From Verrucomicrobiia bacterium (GTDB lineage Bacteria; Verrucomicrobiota; Verrucomicrobiia; Limisphaerales; UBA11358): a stretch of DNA of 64,000 nucleotides. The notes under the pieces were generated by a model. The model was not told the DNA's origin. It saw only the letters and a list, made by a program, of their open reading frames with translations, and did no database searches. Made by a program: the position numbers and the translations under genes. Below, piece after piece: positions 55,878 to 64,000 of this stretch. Where the stretch lies: NCBI GenBank assembly GCA_035945675.1, contig DASZAB010000034.1, positions 30,255 through 94,254 on the forward strand, in the 5' to 3' direction. Numbering within the stretch: the stretch's first letter is position 1; every line of letters begins with the position of its first letter.

Positions 55878-56483
55878 ATGCTGTCGAGCGAAAATGGTCC
55901 TGCCGGTTTGATTTATGATTTGCCGTCGATCCTCAGCCGGGTGGATCCGGCTGCCCTGTTTCAGCGGGCGCAGCCGCTGGAGGTCGAATTGGGTTGCGGC
56001 GATGCTTCGTTTCTGGTCGAACTGGCGCGGCGGCAACCGGAAAAGAACTTCATCGGCGTCGAACGACTCCTGGGCCGGCTGCGCAAGCTGGAGCGCAAAG
56101 GCCGCCGCGCCGGACTGATGAATCTGCGCGGCGTGCGCATCGAATCGTCCTATTTCCTGGAATTTCTGCTCCCGCCGCATTCGGTGTCGGTCTTGCACAT
56201 CTATTTTCCCGATCCCTGGCCCAAGAAAAAACACCGCAAATACCGGCTCATCAACGAACGTTTTCCGGAACTTGCCCGGGCCGCCCTCGCCTCGGGCGGC
56301 GCGGTCTTTTTGCGCACGGACGATCCGGATTATTTCCAGCAAATGACTGAAGTGTTTGGCGCCAACGGGGAGTTTCAGCGGATGGAAACGCCGCCCGAGC
56401 TGGCAAACTTGCTGACGGATTTTGAACAGGAATTCAATGCCAGGGGGATTCACACTTTGCGCGCGGCGTACGGGGTTTGTTAA
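55878..56483 (+). CDS. trmB: tRNA (guanine46-N7)-methyltransferase
   Basis: LEVELGCGDASFL, IGVER, LHIYFPDPWPKKKHRKYRLI. ATG 55878 chosen inside ORF 55590..56483. Confidence 0.9.
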   Translation: MLSSENGPAGLIYDLPSILSRVDPAALFQRAQPLEVELGCGDASFLVELARRQPEKNFIGVERLLGRLRKLERKGRRAGLMNLRGVRIESSYFLEFLLPPHSVSVLHIYFPDPWPKKKHRKYRLINERFPELARAALASGGAVFLRTDDPDYFQQMTEVFGANGEFQRMETPPELANLLTDFEQEFNARGIHTLRAAYGVC

Positions 56484-56559
56484 AAGAGTGAATGGTTAAA
56501 TCAGTTAAATGAGTTGGCGCGGCCAGCCTGCTCACTCATTTAACCGGTTACTCTTTTAA
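56480..56559. terminator. Long imperfect hairpin between convergent trmB and the holin-family gene (possible bidirectional terminator)
   Basis: TTAAAAGAGTGAATGGTTAAAT..GAGT (56480-56514) pairs with ACTCATTTAACCGGTTACTCTTTTAA (56534-56559). Confidence 0.5.
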
Positions 56560-56570
56560 CCAATTGCCCG

Positions 56571-57023
56571 CTACACATCAATCACCGGGCCGTTGCCGTC
56601 GTCGTGGGGATCCTGGGGAGGACGCGGCCGGCGGTGGATGGTGACACGTGTGCCGCCCGCGCCGGTGAGGATGTTGAGCGCAATGGACACGATGCTGATG
56701 ATGAGCGCGCCGAGAAACGCAAAACCGAAACTGTCCACCTGGAAATACGGTCCCATCAACACGCCGACGAAGTAAAGCAGCAGGGCGTTGATGACCAGCG
56801 TAAACAGGCCGAGCGTGAAAATCAGCAGCGGCAACGCGAGGAGCAGCAAAATCGGCCGGACGAACGCATTGAGAACGCCCAACAAGAGAGAGGCGATAAT
56901 CAGGTCCCCCGAGTTCCCATAACGAATGTGACCACGCAGAATGATGGCTGCAATCAACACCGCAAATGTGTTGATGACCCAGCTTTGCAGAAAGCGCAGA
57001 AGTTTTACAGTTCCCGGTTGCAT
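56571..57023 (-). CDS. Phage holin 4_2-family / YvlD-like membrane protein
   Basis: Four TM helices. WVINTFAVLIAA..LLLGVLNAFVRPILLLLALPLLIFTLGLFTLVINALLL pattern. Confidence 0.7.
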   Translation of the reverse strand: MQPGTVKLLRFLQSWVINTFAVLIAAIILRGHIRYGNSGDLIIASLLLGVLNAFVRPILLLLALPLLIFTLGLFTLVINALLLYFVGVLMGPYFQVDSFGFAFLGALIISIVSIALNILTGAGGTRVTIHRRPRPPQDPHDDGNGPVIDV

Positions 57024-57136
57024 GTGCTCGTGCCCGATAAAATCAGCGTCCTCCAAAATGCGTCACCGGACACGGAAAAACAAGGAACGTTTTGATTGGA
57101 TTCTTCAGGGTCAGCCCCGCAGACTCTGCCTCCATT

Positions 57137-58036
57137 ATGAAAATCATCTTGTTTCTGTGCCTGCTCTTGCCCGGGTTGGCCGCCGCGCCATTGACGTTTG
57201 CTGAAAGCGTCATCGCCCCGGGTGCAAAACTTGAAAAGCTGGCCGGCGGTTTTGCCTTTACCGAGGGCCCTACCTGCGACAAGGCGGGCGATGTGTTTTT
57301 CGTGGACCAACCGAATAACCGCATCATGGAATGGAACGTGGCGGGAGAATTGTCCACGTTTATGCAGCCGTCCAGTTACGCCAATGGAATGATGTTTGAT
57401 GCGGACGGCAACCTGATTGCCTGCGCCGATGAGCACAACGAGCTTTGGTCCATCACCCCCGACAAAAAAGTGACGGTGCTGGTCAAAAACTATCAGGGCA
57501 AATATCTCAACGGTCCGAACGATGTCTGGGTTGCGCCAAACGGCGCCATGTACCTCACTGACCCGTTTTACCTGCGCAAATGGTGGGACCACGACACCAT
57601 GGCGCTGCCGAACCAGGAGGTGTTTTATCTTTCAGCGGACGGGAAAAATCTGGTGCGGGTGACGGACGATTTGAAAAAGCCGAACGGCATCACCGGCACG
57701 CCGGATGGCAAAACGCTCTTCGTCGCCGATATTCAGGCGGACCGGACGTGGCGTTATGACATTTTGCCGGATGGCTCGCTGACGAACAAAACGCTGTTTT
57801 GTGCAAAAGGTTCGGATGGCATGACGATTGACGAAGACGGCGATCTTTATCTTTGCGGTCATGGCGTGACTGTCTTCGACAAAACCGGCCGGCAGATAGA
57901 GCACATCGACGTGACGGAACCGTGGACGGCCAACGTCAGCTTTGGCGGCAAAGACCACAGGAGCTTGTTCATCACCGCGAGCAAGTCGCTCTATTCAATT
58001 CAACTGCGTGTCAAAGGGGCGAACCCGGCAAAATGA
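57137..58036 (+). CDS. SMP-30/gluconolactonase/LRE family protein (secreted)
   Basis: Signal peptide. FTEGPTCD, ANGMMFDADGNL, NGPNDVWVAPNGAMYLTDP, PNGITGTPDGKTLFVAD, GSDGMTIDEDGDLY. Confidence 0.85.
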   Translation: MKIILFLCLLLPGLAAAPLTFAESVIAPGAKLEKLAGGFAFTEGPTCDKAGDVFFVDQPNNRIMEWNVAGELSTFMQPSSYANGMMFDADGNLIACADEHNELWSITPDKKVTVLVKNYQGKYLNGPNDVWVAPNGAMYLTDPFYLRKWWDHDTMALPNQEVFYLSADGKNLVRVTDDLKKPNGITGTPDGKTLFVADIQADRTWRYDILPDGSLTNKTLFCAKGSDGMTIDEDGDLYLCGHGVTVFDKTGRQIEHIDVTEPWTANVSFGGKDHRSLFITASKSLYSIQLRVKGANPAK

Positions 58037-58069
58037 CCAGGCCAGGCTGCGGTGCGTTTTCCGTTTTCA

Positions 58070-58137
58070 GGTGGGGCGAGCGTCCCCGCGAGCCGGACGT
58101 GGCGCGCCGAAGCTTTGCGAAGGCGGCTCCTCAGTAG
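58070..58137 (+). repeat. Family A element, copy A4 (intergenic, variant centre)
   Basis: GGTGGGGCGAGCGTCCCCGCGAGCCGG..GGCTCCTCAGTAG. Confidence 0.75.
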
Positions 58138-58184
58138 TTTCCTGTTCCTTTTTGAACTGCCCACGGACCATGGACCGCATGGTT

Positions 58185-58288
58185 GTAGCGCGGGCGTCCT
58201 CGCCTGCGGGTTCACCCCGGCGTCCCGCCGGGTGTTCCTTTCGACAGCGAGACACCGTCAGAACCCGCAGTCGAGACGACTGCGCTAC
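58185..58288. repeat. Family E long hairpin element
   Basis: GTAGCGC..CTGCGGGTTC (58185-) pairs with GAACCCGCAG..GCGCTAC (-58288). There is a perfect 10-bp inner stem and a 7-bp outer stem. Confidence 0.75.
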
Positions 58289-58440
58289 GAGCCGGTTGCT
58301 GGAAAGAACGTTAAAGTGGCTTTAGTTTGGGGAATCGGCTCTGAAATGCTGCCGGTCATTGGGAATTCGTGGTGAATTGAATGTGAATAACTTTTCCAGT
58401 TATTCACATTTTAGGCACGCCAATTGCGGATTTCCGGGGT

Positions 58441-59115
58441 ATGTGTAACAAGTCGTTCGAGGCATCGGGCGCCGGTGAAAAAATTGCAATAACACTGGAT
58501 GGCCTGCCCGTGTCGCCGCCTTTGGAATTTCGCTCGCTCCCGGCCATTCGTTGTTATCTGGAAGCCCTGGCTTTGGCCAAACAACGGGTTTTATGCGCTT
58601 TGAGTATTGACGGTGAACCGGTCAATCTTGCCTTGCCCCTGGTGATGGGAAAAGGTTTCTGCCGCGTCACCGCCGAGACCATACCGTTGGAGGAGAGATC
58701 GCTTCTGTTGCTCAAGACCGCGCTGCAACAGGCCGATCAGGCACGCGCGTGCGTGGAGACCGCTGTCACGCTCGTCTTGATCAACGACGTTCACGTGGCG
58801 CGCGAACTCTGGTGGAACCTGGCCCGGCAGCTCAAGGAACCGGTGCTCACGCTCAGTTTGCTGCCGGACAACGCCTGCGGACCGGCCAATGGCCGCGCGT
58901 CCCTTACCCAGCTTCGCAAGTGGCAGCTCGAACAGGTCGCCGCCATAATCAAAGACGTGGACGCAACCTGCCATGCCGAAGAAACGATTGCGCTTTCCAA
59001 CGCCTTGGAAACCCGTGTGCTGCCGTGGCTGCAAAATCTGATCGAGCTGATCACCCTGTGGCATGAAACAGCCCAGGTCGGTTCACGACTGGGCATGAGT
59101 TGTGCCGTTGCTTGA
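58441..59115 (+). CDS. Hypothetical protein
   Basis: 224-aa ORF with an ATG start and protein-like helical composition. No motif recognised. Confidence 0.5.
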   Translation: MCNKSFEASGAGEKIAITLDGLPVSPPLEFRSLPAIRCYLEALALAKQRVLCALSIDGEPVNLALPLVMGKGFCRVTAETIPLEERSLLLLKTALQQADQARACVETAVTLVLINDVHVARELWWNLARQLKEPVLTLSLLPDNACGPANGRASLTQLRKWQLEQVAAIIKDVDATCHAEETIALSNALETRVLPWLQNLIELITLWHETAQVGSRLGMSCAVA

Positions 59116-59276
59116 TTCGAAACCAGGCACCAATCGCCAGGCGGGAACTTTTAAAAGCAATCTCTGCAAAAGCCATTGCCCGGCCTTCGGAGCGCCGAGC
59201 ATCGCCTCGGCTCCTCGGGATAGTCAATCGTTTCATGCCGAGATAGTGCTCGGCGTTCCTGTTTTGCAGATATTTC

Positions 59277-59807
59277 TTAAGACGATTGAGGATCATGCAT
59301 CTCTTCGGACACCGGTCGGTTAGCAGGACGTTTCAAATTCCGCAAAACCGAACCCAGGTAAGCCAGGCCAAAGAATGCAAAAATACCGACGGTGAGCAGC
59401 GGGTAATCGAGCACCAGCTGAAGAAAGAAGCCCAGGGTGATCAAACAATAACCCAGCGCAATAAACCGCCGGTTGCGGAAAGGGGCGCTGACGCCGTTTC
59501 TTAAAACTTCGCCTTCGGAGAAAACATTCAGGAACGGCATCAGGTTGTTATAGGGACCGACCGCAGCGCCGCAATGTTTGCAGAACCAAATCTCCGGTTC
59601 CTGTGGCGTCAGGCAACGGTGACAAACCTGCCGTACATCGGGGTCCTGTAATTTTTGTTCCACCTCCGCGTCCCAGGGATCGGGCGTCTGCGGTGCCTCG
59701 CGGATCCAGGCAATCAGCCGCCAGAGGAAGGCGAGCGCCAGAAGCCCAAGGCCAAAGCCGCCGACCATCAGATTCGGATCGCTGGTCGCCATCATAAGTG
59801 CCGACAC
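59277..59807 (-). CDS. Membrane protein with zinc-ribbon (CxxC..CxxC) loop
   Basis: TM helix GGFGLGLLALAFLW, CHRCLTPQEPEIWFCKHCG, then two C-terminal TM helices. GTG 59807 or ATG 59795. Confidence 0.6.
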   Translation of the reverse strand: MSALMMATSDPNLMVGGFGLGLLALAFLWRLIAWIREAPQTPDPWDAEVEQKLQDPDVRQVCHRCLTPQEPEIWFCKHCGAAVGPYNNLMPFLNVFSEGEVLRNGVSAPFRNRRFIALGYCLITLGFFLQLVLDYPLLTVGIFAFFGLAYLGSVLRNLKRPANRPVSEEMHDPQSS

Positions 59808-60133
59808 AACTTCTCATGCTTTTCAGATTTTTCAAAGGAATAGCTGCCGCCATTGGTCTGATTGAATAAAACGATACCGCCCACCGGTTCGGTCTTGTGT
59901 TCCGGGTTCGGGGATTGGCAGATTTGTGCCCGAACCAATCTGCTGAGACGGTAACAATTTCGGTTGGATAGGTGGCCAGCCCATCGTGGTGGATGCGCAA
60001 ACGAAGTTGTCCGTCGGATTCAGCGGTTTTCGCGGAACCAGCGATTTTGAAATTGTCCAAAAAGCGGTCGCCGAGGTAACGGGAGGCAAGGCGTAACGCG
60101 GCCTGCCGGGCTTTGTGCCGCTTACCCGCGGCA

Positions 60134-60625
60134 TCAATTGGCCGAGCGCAGGATGACGTTCGTGGTGAACAACAGGATCATGATGACGTTGATCGAGAAC
60201 TTGCCCACGATGCCCACGAACAAACCGAGCGTTGCGCCCAGGCCGGCCTTGGCGGCCGGTTTCCATTCCCGGCCGCCAGTCAATTCCAGCAAGGTTGCGC
60301 CAATAAAAGGGCCGATAATGATTCCCGGCAAGCCGAAGAAAAGGCCGATGATGCCGCCGAGCACCGCACCCGCCGCCCCGCGCCAGGTCGCACCGAATTT
60401 GTTGGCTCCCAACCAACCCGCCACAAAGTCAAACACCAGCGCGATGACTGTGAGCAAGACCAGGATGATCAACACGGATTGATTGACGCTGGCCGGGCCA
60501 AAACAAAGCCTGTGACCAACTGCTGCTGCCAGCACGAGCAGGGTGCCGGGGAATCCCGGCACGAGTCCGCCAATCAGCCCCGCCAGCATCACCAGCAGGG
60601 TCAGGCTCAGACCAATGGTTTCCAT
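60134..60625 (-). CDS. DUF456 family membrane protein
   Basis: ATG 60625. LAGLIGGLVPGFPGTLLV, DFVAGWLGANKFGAT, GLPGIIIGPFIGA are typical DUF456 segments. Confidence 0.8.
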   Translation of the reverse strand: METIGLSLTLLVMLAGLIGGLVPGFPGTLLVLAAAVGHRLCFGPASVNQSVLIILVLLTVIALVFDFVAGWLGANKFGATWRGAAGAVLGGIIGLFFGLPGIIIGPFIGATLLELTGGREWKPAAKAGLGATLGLFVGIVGKFSINVIMILLFTTNVILRSAN

Positions 60626-60645
60626 CGACGTCACGGGATGAAATT

Positions 60646-60703
60646 GTAGCAGCGAACGTAAGTTCGCTCCAATTGAAATGAGCCGACTCACGTCGGCTGC
60701 TAC
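60646..60703. repeat. Family B element, copy B3 (short spacer)
   Basis: GTAGCAGCGAACGTAAGTTCGCTC..GAGCCGACTCACGTCGGCTGCTAC. Lies between the divergent DUF456 and lipoprotein genes. Confidence 0.8.
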
Positions 60704-60763
60704 GAAATACTGCAATGACCTTGATTCGGTTTGGATTTGGTTCTACAAGGAGGTCGCGCCTTT

Positions 60764-61135
60764 ATGAAGAAGTTCACTCGAATAAGAAAAGTGAGCCCGG
60801 CTCTGCTCTCGTTAGTTATTTCACTTGTTTTTATTTCCGCTGGATGCAGAAGTGTGTCAACAAACGAAACAAAGGCCAGTCGAACAGTTGGTAAATGGCT
60901 TCCTGTTGGCACATCACAAGAGGATGCTACTAAGATTTTGAAAAAACACGGTTTTACTTATAATCCCGAAGCCACAGGTTCGGTTTCTCCATTAGGACTT
61001 GTGGCTTTTGATAAGAATGGTCCGATTCATACTTGGTGTGTTCTACTGCATTTTGAAAATGGCGAAATCACAACGACAAATCCAACGGTTCAAGTATTTT
61101 ATAGGCAGTATTTGTATTTGAATTTTGGTAAATAA
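60764..61135 (+). CDS. Small putative lipoprotein
   Basis: AAGGAGG upstream of ATG 60764. Lipobox-like LVFISAGC. Confidence 0.6.
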   Translation: MKKFTRIRKVSPALLSLVISLVFISAGCRSVSTNETKASRTVGKWLPVGTSQEDATKILKKHGFTYNPEATGSVSPLGLVAFDKNGPIHTWCVLLHFENGEITTTNPTVQVFYRQYLYLNFGK

Positions 61136-61157
61136 TTGCGTTGATAATTTAAACAGA

Positions 61158-63296
61158 TTACTTCCTCGTCCGCTTCAATTTTTTATAACTCACCGGCTTC
61201 GCTTCCGGTTTTTCGCCGTTGACCATGCGTTTCAATTCCTTGATCTGGTCGCGGAGCAGGGCGGCTTTTTCAAATTCCAGCTTTTCCGCCGCTGCCAGCA
61301 TTTCGGTTTCGAGTTCGCTGATGGTTTCCGTCAGGTCCACGTCCATTGCGGCATCTTTCAGGACGGACGCGCCGGCTTCGCGTTTCGATTCGTAAACGGC
61401 CAGGCTTTCTTCAACCGCGCGGCTGACGCTGCGGGGTGTGATGTTGTGTTCCGCGTTGTAAGCGATTTGTTTTTGGCGGCGATATTCGGTCACGGCCAGA
61501 AATCTGTTGATGCTGTTCGTCATCACGTCGGCATAGAGAATCACCTCACCGTGCAAATGCCGCGCGGCGCGGCCCGCGGTCTGGATCAAACTCGTTTCAC
61601 TGCGCAGAAAACCTTCCTTGTCCGCGTCGAGGATCGCCACCAATGAAACTTCCGGCAAATCCAGACCTTCCCGCAACAGGTTGATGCCGACGAGCACATC
61701 GAATTCGCCTTTGCGGAGCGAACGCAAAATCTCCACGCGCTCAATGGCGTCAATCTCACTGTGGAGATACTGGACGTTGACGCCGATGCCGCGCAGGTAA
61801 TCGGTCAGTTCCTCGGCAGTGCGTTTGGTGAGTGTCGTTACAAGGATGCGCTCCTTCGCCTCGGCACGTTTGCGGCATTCCTCGATCAGATCGTCGATCT
61901 GGCCTTTGAGCGGTTTGAGCGTGACCTTGGGGTCGATCAGACCGGTGGGGCGCACCACGAGTTCGACGACGCCCGGCATTTGTTGGTGGGGCGAGGCTAC
62001 TGACGAGCCGGCTGTTTCGATTCGGCTCGCGGGGACGCTCGCCCCACCGTTCGATTCGGCTCGCGGGGACGCTCGCCCCGCGGTGGCACTTTCCCGCGAC
62101 CATTCCAGTTCGCGTTTGGCCGGAGTGGCGCTGACGTAAATCGTCTGGCCTTGCATTCCTTGAAATTCCTCGAATTTCAGCGGGCGATTATCCAGCGCAC
62201 TCGGCAGGCGGAAACCGTACTCAACCAAAACGGTCTTCCGCGAGCGGTCCCCTTCGAACATCGCGCCGATTTGCGGGACGGTCGCGTGAGATTCATCAAT
62301 CACCAGCAGGTAATCGTTCGGAAAAAAGTCAATGACGGTTGCCGGGCGCGAGCCGGGCGGGCGTCCGGCGATGTGGCGCGAATAATTTTCGATGCCGGAA
62401 CAGACGCCCATCTCCTCCATCATCTCCAGGTCGAATTCCGTGCGCTGCTTGATGCGCTGGGCTTCGAGCAGTTTGCCATTCTTTTCAAACCAGACGATGC
62501 GCTCGCGCAATTCCTCGCGGATGGCGAGAGCGGCGCGCTTCATCTTGTCGGCGGTGGTGACAAACTGCTTTCCCGGGAAAATGGTCACGGCGTCGAGCGT
62601 TTCGGTTTTGTTTCCCGTCAACGGATCGAAACGGGTGAGCCGCTCGATTTGCTCGCCGAAAAATTCGACGCGCAGGCCGTCTTCGCGCCCCGCTGGCCGG
62701 ACTTCCACGGTGTCACCGCGCACGCGGAAATGGCCGCGTTCGAACGCGATGTCATTCCGGTCGTACTGCAAATCCACCAGGCGCGCGAGGAGTTGCTCGC
62801 GCGAGATTTCCAGGCCGACGCGGATGGGAATGACCATCGCTTCGTAATCTTCCTTGCTGCCGATGCCGTAAATGCACGACACGCTGGCAACGACGACGAC
62901 ATCCCGGCGCGAGAACAGCGAACTCATGGTTGAGAGCCGCAGTCGCTCGATTTCTTCGTTCCGGCTGGAATCCTTCTCGATGAATGTGTCCGTGCGCGGG
63001 ATGTAGGCTTCCGGCTGGTAATAATCGAAGTAACTGACGAAGTATTCGACGGCGTTGCGGGGAAAAAATCCCTTGAACTCGGCGTAAAGCTGCGCGGCCA
63101 GTGTTTTGTTGTGGGAAATGACCAGCGTGGGTTTGTCCACGTTTTTGATGACGTTGGCGATGGCGAAGGTTTTCCCGGAGCCGGTGACGCCGAGGAGCGT
63201 CTGGTGTTTTGCGCCCGACAAAATGCCATCGGTCAGCTTCGCAATCGCTTGCGGCTGGTCACCGGCGGGCTGGAAGGGCGCGACGAGTTCGAACAT
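61158..63296 (-). CDS. uvrB: Excinuclease ABC subunit B
   Basis: GVTGSGKTF, DESH, YVSATP, VRPTGL, LREGLDLPEV, GRAARH, C-terminal UVR domain EKAALLRDQIKELK. ATG 63296. Confidence 0.97.
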   Translation of the reverse strand: MFELVAPFQPAGDQPQAIAKLTDGILSGAKHQTLLGVTGSGKTFAIANVIKNVDKPTLVISHNKTLAAQLYAEFKGFFPRNAVEYFVSYFDYYQPEAYIPRTDTFIEKDSSRNEEIERLRLSTMSSLFSRRDVVVVASVSCIYGIGSKEDYEAMVIPIRVGLEISREQLLARLVDLQYDRNDIAFERGHFRVRGDTVEVRPAGREDGLRVEFFGEQIERLTRFDPLTGNKTETLDAVTIFPGKQFVTTADKMKRAALAIREELRERIVWFEKNGKLLEAQRIKQRTEFDLEMMEEMGVCSGIENYSRHIAGRPPGSRPATVIDFFPNDYLLVIDESHATVPQIGAMFEGDRSRKTVLVEYGFRLPSALDNRPLKFEEFQGMQGQTIYVSATPAKRELEWSRESATAGRASPRAESNGGASVPASRIETAGSSVASPHQQMPGVVELVVRPTGLIDPKVTLKPLKGQIDDLIEECRKRAEAKERILVTTLTKRTAEELTDYLRGIGVNVQYLHSEIDAIERVEILRSLRKGEFDVLVGINLLREGLDLPEVSLVAILDADKEGFLRSETSLIQTAGRAARHLHGEVILYADVMTNSINRFLAVTEYRRQKQIAYNAEHNITPRSVSRAVEESLAVYESKREAGASVLKDAAMDVDLTETISELETEMLAAAEKLEFEKAALLRDQIKELKRMVNGEKPEAKPVSYKKLKRTRK
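61988..62083 (-). repeat. Family A element, copy A5, with a 34-nt tandem re-duplication of one arm, in frame inside uvrB
   Basis: GGGGCGAGGCTACTGACGAGCCGGC..TCGATTCGGCTCGCGGGGACGCTCGCCCC occurs twice. Translated as ATAGRASPRAESNGGASVPASRIETAGSSVASPH. Confidence 0.85.
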
Positions 63297-63503
63297 GCGA
63301 AATGAAGGTAGAAGCGGAACCAACGAGAGTCAATGAAGCGCCAGCCCGGCTCTAAAGTCTGGCAGGGCGCGTCACTCCGTGCGCGCCGTGGGCCCCGTAC
63401 GCCGGCAGGCAGGGGACCGCCCGTCCTGCCCAATTTGAAATCAGGCCTCCGATCCACCTCGGAGCTTCTCTTTATTGGAAAATCTGATTAGACTCCTTGT
63501 CCA

Positions 63504-64000
63504 GTGAAAGCCGATTCCTGGCGTCGCGAGGTTACGCCCTACCAATGGCTGGTGCTTTTCGTCGCGTGGCTCGGTTGGGTGTTCGACTCGATGGACTCCA
63601 CGATCTACGCGCTGGTTCTCCAGCCGGCGCTGCACGATCTCCTGCACTCTACCGGAGACAGTCCCGTTACTTCCGATGTCATCGGCTGGTACGGTGGAAT
63701 CATTTTCTCGATTTTTCTGATTGGCTGGGCCATCGGCGGAGTCCTGTTCGGCGTGCTGGCGGATTATTTTGGGCGGACCAAAACGCTGGTTTTCACCATC
63801 CTGATTTACGCGCTGTTTACCGGCCTGGCGGCGCTGTCGCAAACCTGGTGGCAACTGGCGCTGTTCCGGTTCATCACGGCGCTCGGCATCGGCGGCGAAT
63901 GGGCGGCGGGTGCGGCACTGGTCGCGGAAGTCTGGCCGGAGCGCAAACGGGCGCAGGCGGCGGGCATCCTGCAATCGGCATGGGCGGGAGGATTTCTTCT
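63504..64000 (+). CDS. MFS transporter (3' end outside window)
   Basis: GTG 63504 follows an in-frame stop at 63489. The frame is open to the window end. WLGWVFDSMDSTIYALV, LADYFGRTKTL, ALGIGGEWAAGAALVAEVWPERKR are MFS motifs. Confidence 0.85.
   Translation, partial: MKADSWRREVTPYQWLVLFVAWLGWVFDSMDSTIYALVLQPALHDLLHSTGDSPVTSDVIGWYGGIIFSIFLIGWAIGGVLFGVLADYFGRTKTLVFTILIYALFTGLAALSQTWWQLALFRFITALGIGGEWAAGAALVAEVWPERKRAQAAGILQSAWAGGFL

Noticed and set aside
58052-58375. 107-aa ORF (MRFPFSGGASVPASR...) and neighbouring small ORFs
   Set aside because: They are composed entirely of family A and family E repeat sequence. The same pseudo-peptides appear wherever the repeats occur.
59548-60060. 170-aa minus-strand ORF overlapping the zinc-ribbon membrane protein gene by about 260 nt
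   Set aside because: The downstream half overlaps a better-supported gene (59277..59807) in another frame. The first 84 codons or so (59808-60060) might be a real small gene or a frameshifted fragment, but I cannot support that from the sequence alone.

Overview
GC-rich chromosomal window with about 55 credible CDS and one tRNA. I found no rRNA, CRISPR array, transposase or integrase. The lineage looks like Verrucomicrobiota or a relative. This is an inference from a PEP-CTERM protein, orphan pseudopilin clusters, FYR-type C-terminal tails and the repeat families, not a database result. The window probably spans the replication origin: dnaA at 5914-7284 (minus strand) with an AT-rich, DnaA-box-bearing spacer at 7285-7739. 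Core genes: rsmA, a Nudix hydrolase, clpP-clpX, a Ycf46-like AAA ATPase, glnB, ileS, hldD, asd, trmB, uvrB and tRNA-Pro(CGG). Functional clusters: (1) polyamine genes (agmatine deiminase, DHS-like protein, homospermidine synthase, ODC-like decarboxylase); (2) a PilM-like/Sel1/three-pseudopilin cluster; (3) a MacA/MacB-type ABC exporter with two FtsX permeases; (4) a PadR regulator with a Wzz-like membrane protein; (5) an SNF2 helicase; (6) a tonB-exbB-exbD operon followed by a BNR propeller protein; (7) GH43, gluconolactonase, lectin-like and beta-helix secreted proteins. Most interesting observations: (a) a tightly coupled two-gene operon at 37116-40180. It encodes a polytopic protein with MotA/TolQ/ExbB-like LGxxGT and TxxG helices, followed by a protein with an ExbD/TolR-like Asp-containing N-terminal TM helix, a long Q-rich coiled coil and a trypsin-fold domain lacking the catalytic Ser. 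This is a candidate undescribed ion-driven envelope machine. (b) Several families of palindromic repeats are inserted in frame into essential or housekeeping CDS (rsmA, ileS twice, agmatine deiminase, phosphoesterase, uvrB, GH43), reminiscent of Rickettsia RPEs. (c) A 1.35-kb toxin-antitoxin islet is flanked by 65-bp direct repeats of the SNF2 gene terminus. (d) Composite double-hairpin elements show compensatory substitutions and carry fossil gene ends. Many long antisense ORFs in the track are GC-driven artefacts and were rejected.
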